DNA of 64,000 nucleotides from Planctomycetota bacterium (lineage in GTDB: Bacteria > Planctomycetota > B15-G4 > SIAN01): positions 64,001 to 128,000 of the forward strand of contig JANNXA010000050.1 of NCBI GenBank assembly GCA_031409275.1, given 5' to 3'. A program made the position numbers and the translations under genes. Below are positions 1 through 8,737 of this stretch, in pieces (position 1 is the first letter of the stretch; every line of letters begins with the position of its first letter). The notes below the pieces were generated by a model. That model did no database searches and had not been told where the DNA came from. It saw only the letters and a program-made list of their open reading frames with translations.

Positions 1-298
1 CCGCCACCAGCGTCTGCGTCCCGTGCGCGGCGCTTGGCACCCCCGTCTCGAGCGCCACCACCGGTCCGCGCCGGCGCCATGCCGCCACCACGACGGGCGG
101 CGTGCAACGCACGGGCAGGAGATGGGGCCGCCATGGCGTCATCGCAGCGGCGATGGTAGCGCCGGGCCCGAGGGCCTTGCCGAGCGCCAGCGCGGCGGCG
201 AGCATCGCCTCCGTCTCATCCGCCTGCGCGACGGAGCCGTCGATGGCCGCTTGCCGCGTCGTTCCTTGCTGGTCCGCGCCGCTCCTGCTGCTCGTCAC
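1..298 (-). CDS. Possible 5' part of a gene running off the left edge (hypothetical)
   Basis: Open minus-strand frame from a GTG near 298 to the edge (…ADETEAMLAAALALGKALGPGATI…VVALETGVPS…) with coding-like codon usage; no family recognised and start uncertain. Confidence 0.3.
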   Translation of the reverse strand, partial: MTSSRSGADQQGTTRQAAIDGSVAQADETEAMLAAALALGKALGPGATIAAAMTPWRPHLLPVRCTPPVVVAAWRRRGPVVALETGVPSAAHGTQTLVA

Positions 299-1382
299 GG
301 CGTTCGCGCCGAGCGCGCCGCGCGACGGCGAGTCCGCGCTGGCAAGCATGAAGGAGCGGACGGCAAAGCTCGAGCGAGTGCATCTCCTGGTGCGCAACGA
401 GACCCAGATCGGCGACGCGGCGGCGACGGTTCGCTACCTCGAGAGCGTCATCGACGTGCGCGCCGGTCAGGTCCGCACGCTGGTGCGCGACTTCGGCCGC
501 GCGACGCCGCACCTGCTCTGCGTCTACGCGGACGGCGTGCTGCGGGTGAAGCAGCTCGAGTGCGGACAGGTGGCCGAGCAGCTCCGCACCTTCTCGCTGG
601 CGGACGCACTCAGCGTCACCACCGCCGGCGAACTCGCGGTCGCCGCGTTTGCTGGACTGCCTCCCAGCGTCGGGGGCGCGATCGGCAAGGCGAGCCTGGC
701 CGAGGTCGGCGAGACGGTCGCCGGGGTCGGCTGCACGCGGGTCGGACTGCCCGCGAAGGGGAGCGCCGACCTCTGGATCGGCGACGGAGACGGCTTCCCG
801 CGCCGACTGCGCGCGCAGATCGGATCGCTGCGCCTCGAGGAGGAGGTGATCGAGATCGACCTCGCCAGCGATCTTCGTCGCGTCGACTTCTCGATCGTCG
901 TCCCGCAAGGGCGGCGACTGCTCGACCTCGCGCAGGCGCGCCGTGACTGGGCTGCGCTCTCGCCCGAAGCGGACCGCTGGCCGAAGCCCGGCGAGGACTC
1001 GCCTGATTTCGCCGGCGCCGACCTCGACGGCGCGGTGCGGCTCCTTTCCGAGACCAGCGAGCGTGACGTCGTGCTGGCGTTCTGGAACCCGGAGGTCAGC
1101 GCCTCGGTCGATCAGGCGGGCACGCTCGAAGCGGCCTGGCGGGAGCGCACGCGCAAGGAGCTTCTCTTCTGGCATGTGGCGGCCGGCCGCGGCGCAGCGA
1201 CCGTTCGCGCTGCCGTCGCACGCAGCTCGCTGCGCGAGACGGTGGTGATCGCGGGCGAGCATGCCCAGAACGCGTTCCAGCAATTCTCGATCTGGCGCTG
1301 CCCGGTCTTCGTGCACATCACCGACATGCAGGTGGTCGCGATCAGCGACGACCTGGCGGTGGCGAAACGGTGGCTGCGCTGA
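243..1382 (+). CDS. Exported protein: LolA-like N-terminal region plus C-terminal thioredoxin-fold (TlpA/AhpC-like) domain lacking CxxC
   Basis: ATG at 243, hydrophobic N-terminus; 'LWIGDGDGFPRRL' resembles LolA-like folds; 'PGEDSPDFAGADLDG…VVLAFWNPEVSAS…CPVFVHI' is redoxin-like. Confidence 0.6.
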   Translation: MAACRVVPCWSAPLLLLVTAFAPSAPRDGESALASMKERTAKLERVHLLVRNETQIGDAAATVRYLESVIDVRAGQVRTLVRDFGRATPHLLCVYADGVLRVKQLECGQVAEQLRTFSLADALSVTTAGELAVAAFAGLPPSVGGAIGKASLAEVGETVAGVGCTRVGLPAKGSADLWIGDGDGFPRRLRAQIGSLRLEEEVIEIDLASDLRRVDFSIVVPQGRRLLDLAQARRDWAALSPEADRWPKPGEDSPDFAGADLDGAVRLLSETSERDVVLAFWNPEVSASVDQAGTLEAAWRERTRKELLFWHVAAGRGAATVRAAVARSSLRETVVIAGEHAQNAFQQFSIWRCPVFVHITDMQVVAISDDLAVAKRWLR

Positions 1383-1546
1383 GAGCCGATCCCGGCAGGT
1401 TCTCGGTCACCGTGCTTGCGGCGACCCCGCATCTGCTTCGTTGCGCCTCCTCACCGAATCTCTTCACCGATTCGCCTCGTCGGCGCGCCTCGCATCCGCT
1501 GGGTCGGCGCGGCGCCCGGCTCGGTCGCACCTACCGAGATCGGCTC
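1383..1546. mobile_element. MITE-like element A (164 bp), 18-bp imperfect terminal inverted repeats, TGA duplicated on both sides
   Basis: gagccgatcccggcaggt (1383-1400) vs acctaccgagatcggctc (1529-1546); TGA at 1380-1382 and 1547-1549; nested internal palindromes. Confidence 0.7.
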
Positions 1547-1567
1547 TGAGCGGTACGCCCGCCGCGC

Positions 1568-3178
1568 TCAGATCGTCCGCTCGTAACGGTCGAGCGCCAG
1601 CTTCCAGACCGGGACGCCGCAATATCGGTCGCCTTCCGGGCAGTACGGGGTGACGCCGCCGCGCAGTCGCAGCAGGCAAGGAGCGCCCAGATGCGCCCCG
1701 ATCCGCGGATCGACCTGCGCGATCTGCTGCGCCTCGTCGAGACTCGCCGCGAAGATCTCCTCCTGCGCGTTGTAACAGAGGCGCGAGACGAGCTTGTGGT
1801 GCAGCGCCAGCAGATCGGCCGACTCGGTGAAACGAATCGAGACGGCGTTGGGAAGCACGTACTCCGCGAACTCCTCGCTGACTCCGAGCGCGAGCAGTTC
1901 GCGGCGGCCGGCGAAGGCGCGCTCGATCGCCGCCTCGTAGAGCCGCTGCGCGCGCGGCTCGAGCCGGACGAGCGCCGGCGTGACGAAGTCGGCATCGTCG
2001 CCGAGTTGCGCGGCGAGGATGGGTCGCGATCCAGGCACCATGCGATGGCGCTGATCCTGCGAATCGGCGGTGTGCGACAGCTTCTTGCGGAAGCTGTAGC
2101 TGACGTGCTGCAGGCAGCGCGACAGCTTGCTGTTCATCCCGATCTTGAGCGACTGGCCGAGCAGCGGATTGCTGGCGGGAGACAGCGCGAGATCGATCGC
2201 GGCGCCATCGGCGAGCGCCGCGCGCGGCAGTCCCAGCACCTCGCGGACGGAGCTGGCCAGCAGCTCCTCCTGGCCCTGCTTCCACCCCACGAGCTTCGAC
2301 GTGCGTCCGCCGAGGCTGTCGTCGAACTCGCGGCGAAACGCCGCTCCAGCTCCGGCGCTCCGCGCGGCAGCGAACGACTCGAAGGCGCGCCACTCGGGCG
2401 TCTCCTCGATCGGCATCGGGTCTTCGACGACGCGGGCGAAGAGCGGATCGTGCTGAACGACCGCGTCCAGCATCGACCGAACCAGCCAGCGCTGCTCGAG
2501 CGGCGTGTCGAACTGGTCGCAGCTGCGGTGGTAGCGCAGGAGGGTCAAGGCGCTGATGGTGTGATACAGGTAGGCGTGGATCGCCACCGGCAGCACGTAG
2601 CGCGCGACCTCCTGCGCCTTCTTCTGAACCGCTGGCCGCCACTTGAGCTCCGTGGCACGGCGAGCGGGGAAGCGGCGGAAGTACTCGGCGGCGGCGACCG
2701 GCGTCAGCAGCTCGGTCAACTGCTGGTAGTCGCTGACGAGGCCGTCGCAGATGGCGCGGAACGCCGCGAGCGCCTGGCCCTCGAGCGGCGGGATCGCGTA
2801 GTGGCCGGGCTTCACCGTCACGTAGCGCTGGCTGACCTGCTCGGAGTTGTAGAAGGCGTGGCTGTGCAGGAAGGACCACAGGCAGTGGCGCGAGATGCGG
2901 TCGATGGTGAACTGGAAGTGGGCGTGCTGCAGTGTGGTGTGATGGCCGGCCTGATAGGTGCTGGCCGCGATGCGATCGCGCAACGCCACCCGCTTCGCGC
3001 GCTGCTCGTCATCGAGCCCGTCTCCCGAGACGTCCTCGACGCGCAACACTCCCTTCGACGAGTAGCACGTCCGTGCCGTCGCGACCGCGTTCTCGTACGG
3101 GCGAGCGAACGCGTTCTCGAGGCGGACGATGGGCACGCCGGAGACGAAGGGGACGAGCGGGGTCGGGGAAGTTGGCAT
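1568..3178 (-). CDS. thyX: FAD-dependent thymidylate synthase with two tandem ThyX domains
   Basis: ARTCYSS, GHHTTLQH, EQVSQRYV, ARYVLP in domain 1; QDQRHR, AEYVLPNA, RLCYNAQEEI in domain 2. Confidence 0.85.
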   Translation of the reverse strand: MPTSPTPLVPFVSGVPIVRLENAFARPYENAVATARTCYSSKGVLRVEDVSGDGLDDEQRAKRVALRDRIAASTYQAGHHTTLQHAHFQFTIDRISRHCLWSFLHSHAFYNSEQVSQRYVTVKPGHYAIPPLEGQALAAFRAICDGLVSDYQQLTELLTPVAAAEYFRRFPARRATELKWRPAVQKKAQEVARYVLPVAIHAYLYHTISALTLLRYHRSCDQFDTPLEQRWLVRSMLDAVVQHDPLFARVVEDPMPIEETPEWRAFESFAAARSAGAGAAFRREFDDSLGGRTSKLVGWKQGQEELLASSVREVLGLPRAALADGAAIDLALSPASNPLLGQSLKIGMNSKLSRCLQHVSYSFRKKLSHTADSQDQRHRMVPGSRPILAAQLGDDADFVTPALVRLEPRAQRLYEAAIERAFAGRRELLALGVSEEFAEYVLPNAVSIRFTESADLLALHHKLVSRLCYNAQEEIFAASLDEAQQIAQVDPRIGAHLGAPCLLRLRGGVTPYCPEGDRYCGVPVWKLALDRYERTI

Positions 3179-3237
3179 CGGGGCAGGGAGGATAGGCAGC
3201 GTGCCGCGCCGAAGCGACGCCGCGCCGGTTGCCGCCG

Positions 3238-3936
3238 TCAGCGGCGATGGGTGATGGCGTCACGCGCCAGCTGGTCGACCCGCTCGTTACGCGGGTCGCC
3301 GGAATGGCCGCGCACCTTGACCAGCTTCAGGTCGGTGAACTCGGTCATGAGCGCCTTCACGCGCGCGATGAGGGCGACGTTTTCCTTGGCCTTCCAGCCC
3401 TCCGAGAGCACTCCAATCGCGTACTGGCTGTCGGTATGGACGCGGACCGGGAGGTCGCGCTGCTTCACGGCCTGCAGGCCCGCCTCGATCGCCGTGAGCT
3501 CGGCGATGTTGTTGGTGCCATCCCCGAGGTAGCGCGAGATCTCCTTGGTCTTCCCCTTCCACTCCAGCAGCACGCCGATCCCGGCGGGCCCCGGATTGCC
3601 GAAGCATGAGCCATCGGCGTAGATGATGAGATCGCCGCCGCGAGCGCTCTTCGTTGCCGCCGCCGCCTTGCGTGGGCGCGGAGTCGTGACCGCCTTTCGG
3701 CGGGCGGCCTTCGGCTTCGCGGGCGCCGCGGCCGCGTCGGGCGACGCCGACTCCGACTTCGCCGCTGCGGATTCGGGCGGCAGGTCACGCAGATCCGCCT
3801 CCTTGGCGCTGTAGGTCGTCGCGTCTTCGCGGCGGTAGCGAATCTGGACGAGTCCGCGCTGGCTCACCAGCACACCGGCGTCGTCCGCCTCCGCCCAGAC
3901 CTTGCCGTTCCGGTAGAGCCTCCGCACCAGCGCCAT
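3238..3936 (-). CDS. rnhA: Ribonuclease HI with N-terminal extension domain and Ala/Lys/Pro linker
   Basis: IYADGSCFGNPGPAGIG, TNNIAEL, TDSQY, KVRGHSG…NERVD; GGAGG RBS before ATG at 3936. Confidence 0.92.
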   Translation of the reverse strand: MALVRRLYRNGKVWAEADDAGVLVSQRGLVQIRYRREDATTYSAKEADLRDLPPESAAAKSESASPDAAAAPAKPKAARRKAVTTPRPRKAAAATKSARGGDLIIYADGSCFGNPGPAGIGVLLEWKGKTKEISRYLGDGTNNIAELTAIEAGLQAVKQRDLPVRVHTDSQYAIGVLSEGWKAKENVALIARVKALMTEFTDLKLVKVRGHSGDPRNERVDQLARDAITHRR

Positions 3937-4128
3937 CGATCCACCTCCGCGCCCTGCCGATCCCCGCGTCGAATCCGCCGCTCCCGCGACCGGACGGCGA
4001 TCGAGACCATTGTGCCGTGGCGCCGGCACGAAGGGTTTTCCCGCTCCACCTCCGATCGCGAGAAGACCGATCCAGCGAGACAGGCGCGACCGGCAGGTCG
4101 ATCTTCCGCGCGCCACGGAGCATGAGGC

Positions 4129-4890
4129 ATGGCCGACGTTCGCGCCGCCCACGTGGCCTATCAGGTTCATTCCGCGAGCCCCACGGCGATCGCGCCGAGC
4201 GAGCTCGAGGCGATCCTGGCGCGCCACCCCGTCACCACGGGCCACATGGAAGCGAGCTGCTTCCATGGCGCCGACGCGGCCCGCTTCGCCCGCGACTCGC
4301 TGCCAGCGGCGAGCGACTTCTCGCCGCCGCTCGAGTTCGAGGCCTATGCGCGACTGCGACAGGCGAAGTCGATCTGGAACATCGATGTCCGCGAGGTCGA
4401 GCCGGAAGATCTCGGCTACTTGCGCTCGGCGCTCCTGGTGGCTGGCGAGATCGCCGCAGTCACTTCGGCCATCGTGGTCGACACGCTGGCGTACAGCGTG
4501 ATGGGCGCGTCGGACATCGTGCGCGAAGTCGACCGCGCCTTCGACCCGCAGCGGCACGTGAGCATCCACGTCGATCGCGGCGTGCGTCCCTTCTTCGTGC
4601 ACACGCACGGCATGGAGAAGTTCGGCCACGTGGACTTCGAACTCCAAGGCGTTCCGCGCGCTTCGGTGGAGGTCGCACGCCGCCTACTTCGCCATCTGGT
4701 GGCGGCGGTGGTCTCGGGCGGCCAGTTCAGCGAAGGCGAGCAGACCCAGCTCTGCGGATTCCACTTCGCGTTCGGGCGGTCGGAGTGCGACGACGCCGCG
4801 CACTTCAGCAACGGCAGCCTCTGCCTGCGCAGCTTCCGCCTGGTGTCCGGCCTCGCGACACCGGAGATGGAAGGGATGCTGATCGCGTGA
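4129..4890 (+). CDS. Hypothetical protein (C-terminal HTHGMxxFGxxDxE motif, DUF4261/DUF4026-like)
   Basis: Good codon usage, GAGG before ATG; 'VHTHGMEKFGHVDFEL' motif. Confidence 0.6.
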   Translation: MADVRAAHVAYQVHSASPTAIAPSELEAILARHPVTTGHMEASCFHGADAARFARDSLPAASDFSPPLEFEAYARLRQAKSIWNIDVREVEPEDLGYLRSALLVAGEIAAVTSAIVVDTLAYSVMGASDIVREVDRAFDPQRHVSIHVDRGVRPFFVHTHGMEKFGHVDFELQGVPRASVEVARRLLRHLVAAVVSGGQFSEGEQTQLCGFHFAFGRSECDDAAHFSNGSLCLRSFRLVSGLATPEMEGMLIA

Positions 4891-4930
4891 TCGGCGGCAC
4901 CGCGCGCCGAGCTCGGCCGGCGCGGGACGT

Positions 4931-7009
4931 TCAGTAGACGCGCGCCGGCAGGATCACCATGGTGAGGCCGCCGAAATGCAGGCGCTTCTGCAGCGCCACT
5001 GCCGTTTCGTTGTGCAGGAAGCGCTGCAGGAACCCCTCGTTCTTGAAGATGACCTTGCCGGCGAAGAAGGTCGCGCGCGGATATTCGCCAGCGACTTCGC
5101 GACAGAGTTGCTCAGCGGCCTCGACGGCGTCGGTCCCGATGGTCAGGCGATGTCCCGACGGCACGCCGAGGCGGCGCGCGAGATCGACGTAGCGGCGCAG
5201 CATCGACTCGGTGCGCTGCTCGAGCCCGTCGACGGCATGGTCACCCTTGAACGCCCCTGAGTCGATCACCCCCACCGACACGAAGATCACGTTCTTGAAG
5301 TGATCCGGGAACGAGCGGAAGACGTTCAGGACGGTGTGGATGCCAAGCCCGCCCCAATTCGAGACCAGGACGACCGCGGTCGGCTGCGTCGGATCAGGTG
5401 CCCGCTCGACGCCGGTTTCGGGGAGCGGCAGATGGGCGAGGTCGGAATAGAGCGCGGAAAGGCGCTTGGCGACGTCGACGTAGTGACGCCGGATCACGAG
5501 GCAAGCGGCAACGCAGGCCCCCGTCACCGCGATCGTCACCCAGCCGCCCTCGGTGAACTTCTCGAAGATGGTCACGACCAGGATGGCGGCGCAGACGACC
5601 GTTCCGGTCACGAAGAGCGTGAGGCGGGCGGAGCGGTGCTCGGGGTCCTTCGTCGTGCGGGACCAGTAGATCGTCATCGCCAGCATCGAAAGCGCGAACG
5701 TCGCGAAGACGTTGATGCTGTACATCGTGACCAGGCGCCCGATCACGTCCGTGCTGCCGTGTCCCGTGGCATCCCCGCCGGTCGCGCGCGCGGCGTAGAG
5801 CAGCGCGAACAGCGAGGCGACCGCCATCGACACCACGCCGTTCTGCGTCGTGAGTCGCTCCGAGAGCGCGGCGAAGCGGCGCGGCGCCCACGAGTCGACT
5901 GCGAGATTCGCCAGCGTGCGCGGACCGGCGATGAATCCGGCCTGCGCCGCCACCAGGAGCAATGCGGCCTCGCTGATCATCGTGAGGAAGACCAGCACCT
6001 TCCCGCCTGGCACCCCCGCAAGGACGTTGCGCGCCAGGATGGAGTTCATCGTCTCCTTCTCGCCGGCGGCAAGCGGCCGAATCCCCCAGAGCAGGTAGCA
6101 GAGGATGAGGCCCGACGCGACGAAGGCCAGCGAGATCGCCATGTAGCGCATCGTCGTCTTGGCGGTGCGGACTCGCGGCTCGCGCAGGATCGACATGCTG
6201 TTCGAGACGGCCTCGATGCCGGTGTACGTGCCGCCGCCGAGAGAGAAGGCCTTGAAGAACAGCAGCAACATCGCGATCGGGCCGAAACCGGGGTCGTGCC
6301 AGTCGCGACGGAAATCGTCCGCCAGCAGTTGCGCGCGCGGCCCGGCGTCGCCGACGTGGGCGACGATGCCGCCGACGATGAGCAGCGCGTGGGTCACCAG
6401 GAAGAGCAGGAAGATCGGCACCAGCGCGACGACCGATTCCTTGACGCCGCGCAGGTTGAGGACGACCAGAAGCACCAGCAACAGCACGTCGACCGGGATC
6501 ACCCATGACTCAGGGAACGGCATCACCTGGCGCAGCACGTCGCGCAACGCGTTGCCCGCTGCCGCGACTGAAACCGTCACCGTCAGCACATAGTCGACGA
6601 GGAGCGCGCAACCCGAGATCAGCCCGATGCGCGGGCCGAGCAGCTTGGTCGAGACGACGTAGCCGCCGCCGCCATGCGGGAATTTCTCGATGATCCGCGA
6701 GTAGCACGAGGAGATCAGGAACACGGTCAGCGCGGTCGCCACCGCGAGCCCGATGGCGAGGTAGGTGTGGCTCTGCAGCGCCTTGAAGGACTCCTCGGGC
6801 CCGTACGCCGACGAGGAGAGCCCATCGGCACCGAGCCCGACCCAGGCGAGGAATGGGATCAGGGAAAGGTGCTGGAGGAGCGTCTTGTCCTCGAGTTCGA
6901 GCGGAGCGCCGAACAGGAGGTGACGCATCCGAACGCGCCAACGCGGCCGCGCGCTCGGCGTCGGATCAGTGGCGGCGGGCGCGGGTCGCGCGGTGTCGGG
7001 TTCGGTCAT
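4931..7009 (-). CDS. APC-superfamily permease, KimA/YdaO-like (K+ or amino acid transporter)
   Basis: GADGLSSSAYGPEE, GGGGY, DYVLTV, NLRGVKES, TGIEAVSN; about 12 TM segments plus cytoplasmic C-domain. Confidence 0.85.
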   Translation of the reverse strand: MTEPDTARPAPAATDPTPSARPRWRVRMRHLLFGAPLELEDKTLLQHLSLIPFLAWVGLGADGLSSSAYGPEESFKALQSHTYLAIGLAVATALTVFLISSCYSRIIEKFPHGGGGYVVSTKLLGPRIGLISGCALLVDYVLTVTVSVAAAGNALRDVLRQVMPFPESWVIPVDVLLLVLLVVLNLRGVKESVVALVPIFLLFLVTHALLIVGGIVAHVGDAGPRAQLLADDFRRDWHDPGFGPIAMLLLFFKAFSLGGGTYTGIEAVSNSMSILREPRVRTAKTTMRYMAISLAFVASGLILCYLLWGIRPLAAGEKETMNSILARNVLAGVPGGKVLVFLTMISEAALLLVAAQAGFIAGPRTLANLAVDSWAPRRFAALSERLTTQNGVVSMAVASLFALLYAARATGGDATGHGSTDVIGRLVTMYSINVFATFALSMLAMTIYWSRTTKDPEHRSARLTLFVTGTVVCAAILVVTIFEKFTEGGWVTIAVTGACVAACLVIRRHYVDVAKRLSALYSDLAHLPLPETGVERAPDPTQPTAVVLVSNWGGLGIHTVLNVFRSFPDHFKNVIFVSVGVIDSGAFKGDHAVDGLEQRTESMLRRYVDLARRLGVPSGHRLTIGTDAVEAAEQLCREVAGEYPRATFFAGKVIFKNEGFLQRFLHNETAVALQKRLHFGGLTMVILPARVY

Positions 7010-7060
7010 CGTCGAGGAGAGCGCGACACGTGATCGTGCGCGGCCGCTCCTGGTCCTCCG

Positions 7061-7849
7061 CTACTTGCCAGTGAACGCCGCCGGCTGCTTGGCGAGGAAG
7101 GCGTCGAGGCCGATCTTGCAATCGGCAGAGGCGAAGAGCCTGGCCTGCAGTTCACGCTCCAACGCGAGCCCGCTCTCGAGCGGCAGGGCGCCGCCGGTCT
7201 GCACCGCGCGCTTGATGGCGCCGACCGCGGCGGAGGCTTTGTTCGGCGGGCAGAACTGCTGCGCGAACGCCTGGACCTGGGTTGCGAAGTCAGCCGCCGG
7301 GAACACTCGTTGCACCAGTCCGACCCGTTCCGCCTCGGCGAAATCACACGTCTTGCCGGTCACCATCCAGTCGAGCGCGCGCGTCGGCCCGAGCACCCGG
7401 GTCAGGCGTTGCGTTCCGCCGGTCCCCGGAAGCACGCCAAGCGCGACTTCCGGCAGGCCGATCTTCCCGCCGTCTTGCTTCGCGATGCGAAAGTCGCAAG
7501 CGAGCGCGACTTCGAGGCCGCCGCCGACGCAGTGGCCGTTCAGCGCCGCGATCGTGAGCTTGGGCGTGTGCTCGAGGCGCAACAGCGTCTCGTTCGCGTG
7601 CAGACAGAAGTAGTACTTGAACGACGGCGTCATCTGCTGGAGCTTCGCGATCGACGCGCCAGCGCAGAAGAACTTGTCGCCAGCGCCGGTCAGCACGATC
7701 ACGTAGACCGATTCGTCCATCCTGGCGGCGAGGACGCACGCATCGAGCGCGAGCATCATCTCGTGGCTGTAGCCGTTGACCGGCGGATCCTCGAGTGTCA
7801 GCCAAGCGACGCCGCCGCGGATCTCGTACCGAACCAACTGCGCGTTCAC
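7061..7849 (-). CDS. Enoyl-CoA hydratase/isomerase (crotonase) family protein
   Basis: FFCAGA, IAALNGHCVGGGLEVALACDFR, GLPEVALGVLPGTGGTQRL. Confidence 0.9.
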   Translation of the reverse strand: MNAQLVRYEIRGGVAWLTLEDPPVNGYSHEMMLALDACVLAARMDESVYVIVLTGAGDKFFCAGASIAKLQQMTPSFKYYFCLHANETLLRLEHTPKLTIAALNGHCVGGGLEVALACDFRIAKQDGGKIGLPEVALGVLPGTGGTQRLTRVLGPTRALDWMVTGKTCDFAEAERVGLVQRVFPAADFATQVQAFAQQFCPPNKASAAVGAIKRAVQTGGALPLESGLALERELQARLFASADCKIGLDAFLAKQPAAFTGK

Positions 7850-7932
7850 GCTTCAGTCTCCACGGCTGCAATGAGGCGCAGAGCTTAGCGGCATCGCCGG
7901 CAGCCCCGGTCGGAGCGCCCCCATCGACAACG

Positions 7933-7967
7933 GAGCGAGCCGACGGCATGACACCGTCGGCTCGCTC
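7933..7967 (-). terminator. Perfect 14-bp stem-loop, probable terminator downstream of the lipoprotein gene
   Basis: gagcgagccgacgg-catgaca-ccgtcggctcgctc; only a weak U-tract. Confidence 0.55.
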
Positions 7968-8024
7968 GTGGAGTCTTGAGTCAACTGCCGGGCGGAGCGC
8001 TCGTGCGCAGGGCCAGCGGGCCGC

Positions 8025-8420
8025 CTACTTCTCGAGGCTCGGCCACGGGTCGCTCTTCCAGGGATAACCCTCGGAGAGCGTGTAGAGGTCGATCGGCTGC
8101 AGGTCGTTTCCAGGCGAAATCGACGCGAGCAGGTAGATCGGCGACACGCACGCATCGGCGGCATAGACCACCGTGTACGCGATGTGCTTCAGCATGTGGA
8201 GCGGAATGTTGAGCGGCGCCAGCAGTACCGGCGTCGCGTCCTTCGAGTCCGCACCCCAGTCGAGCGAGTCGTACACGGCGGAGAGCGGCACCGTGACCGG
8301 TGAGGTCACGACGACGGCGAGATCGGTGCCGACTCGCTTGAGCGAGCCGCAACCGGGCAAGCTCAGGCTGGCCGCGGCGGCGAGCGCCGCAAAAGCCTTC
8401 AAGCTGGTCTTCACTCCCAT
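8025..8420 (-). CDS. Small lipoprotein (hypothetical)
   Basis: GAGGAG RBS, MGVKTSLK…SLPGC lipobox. Confidence 0.7.
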   Translation of the reverse strand: MGVKTSLKAFAALAAAASLSLPGCGSLKRVGTDLAVVVTSPVTVPLSAVYDSLDWGADSKDATPVLLAPLNIPLHMLKHIAYTVVYAADACVSPIYLLASISPGNDLQPIDLYTLSEGYPWKSDPWPSLEK

Positions 8421-8631
8421 CCTCCTCGATGCCAACCTCCGCCGCATCGGCGCGACGTTGGGGTCCCGGGTTCATCCCCGGGACGTCACTTGCCCCGGCG
8501 GAACACACCACTGCGATTGAGTCAGGTCGTTGGTTCTGCGCTGATCATCGACGCGGCCCGTCACCGGTCGCAAAAGCCATCTGGCCCCCGCCCGAATCGG
8601 ACCGCGTCCTACCGTGCCACCGACTTGCGGA

Positions 8632-8706
8632 TGGAGCCAGAGAAGGGGATTGAACCCTTGACCCCCGCTTTACGAAAGCGGTGCTCTACCGCTGAGCTAC
8701 TCTGGC
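8632..8706 (-). tRNA. tRNA-Thr(CGT)
   Basis: gccagagtagctcagcggtagagcaccgct-ttCGTaa-agcgggggtcaagggttcaatccccttctctggctCCA; complete cloverleaf with encoded CCA. Confidence 0.96.
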
Positions 8707-8737
8707 CGATCGTTCACCGTTCCGGCGCGACAGCCTA

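Noticed and set aside
130..230. TsaE-like N-terminus in the left-edge minus frame
   Set aside because: No Walker A (GxxGxGKT) follows
1568..3936. thyX plus RNase H as a phage or retroelement module
   Set aside because: No reverse transcriptase or phage genes; codon usage matches the host
7010..7060. c-di-AMP (ydaO) riboswitch before the KimA-like gene
   Set aside because: The intergenic space is too short for the aptamer
8421..8706. Integrative element at tRNA-Thr
   Set aside because: No integrase and no duplicated tRNA 3' end seen in the window
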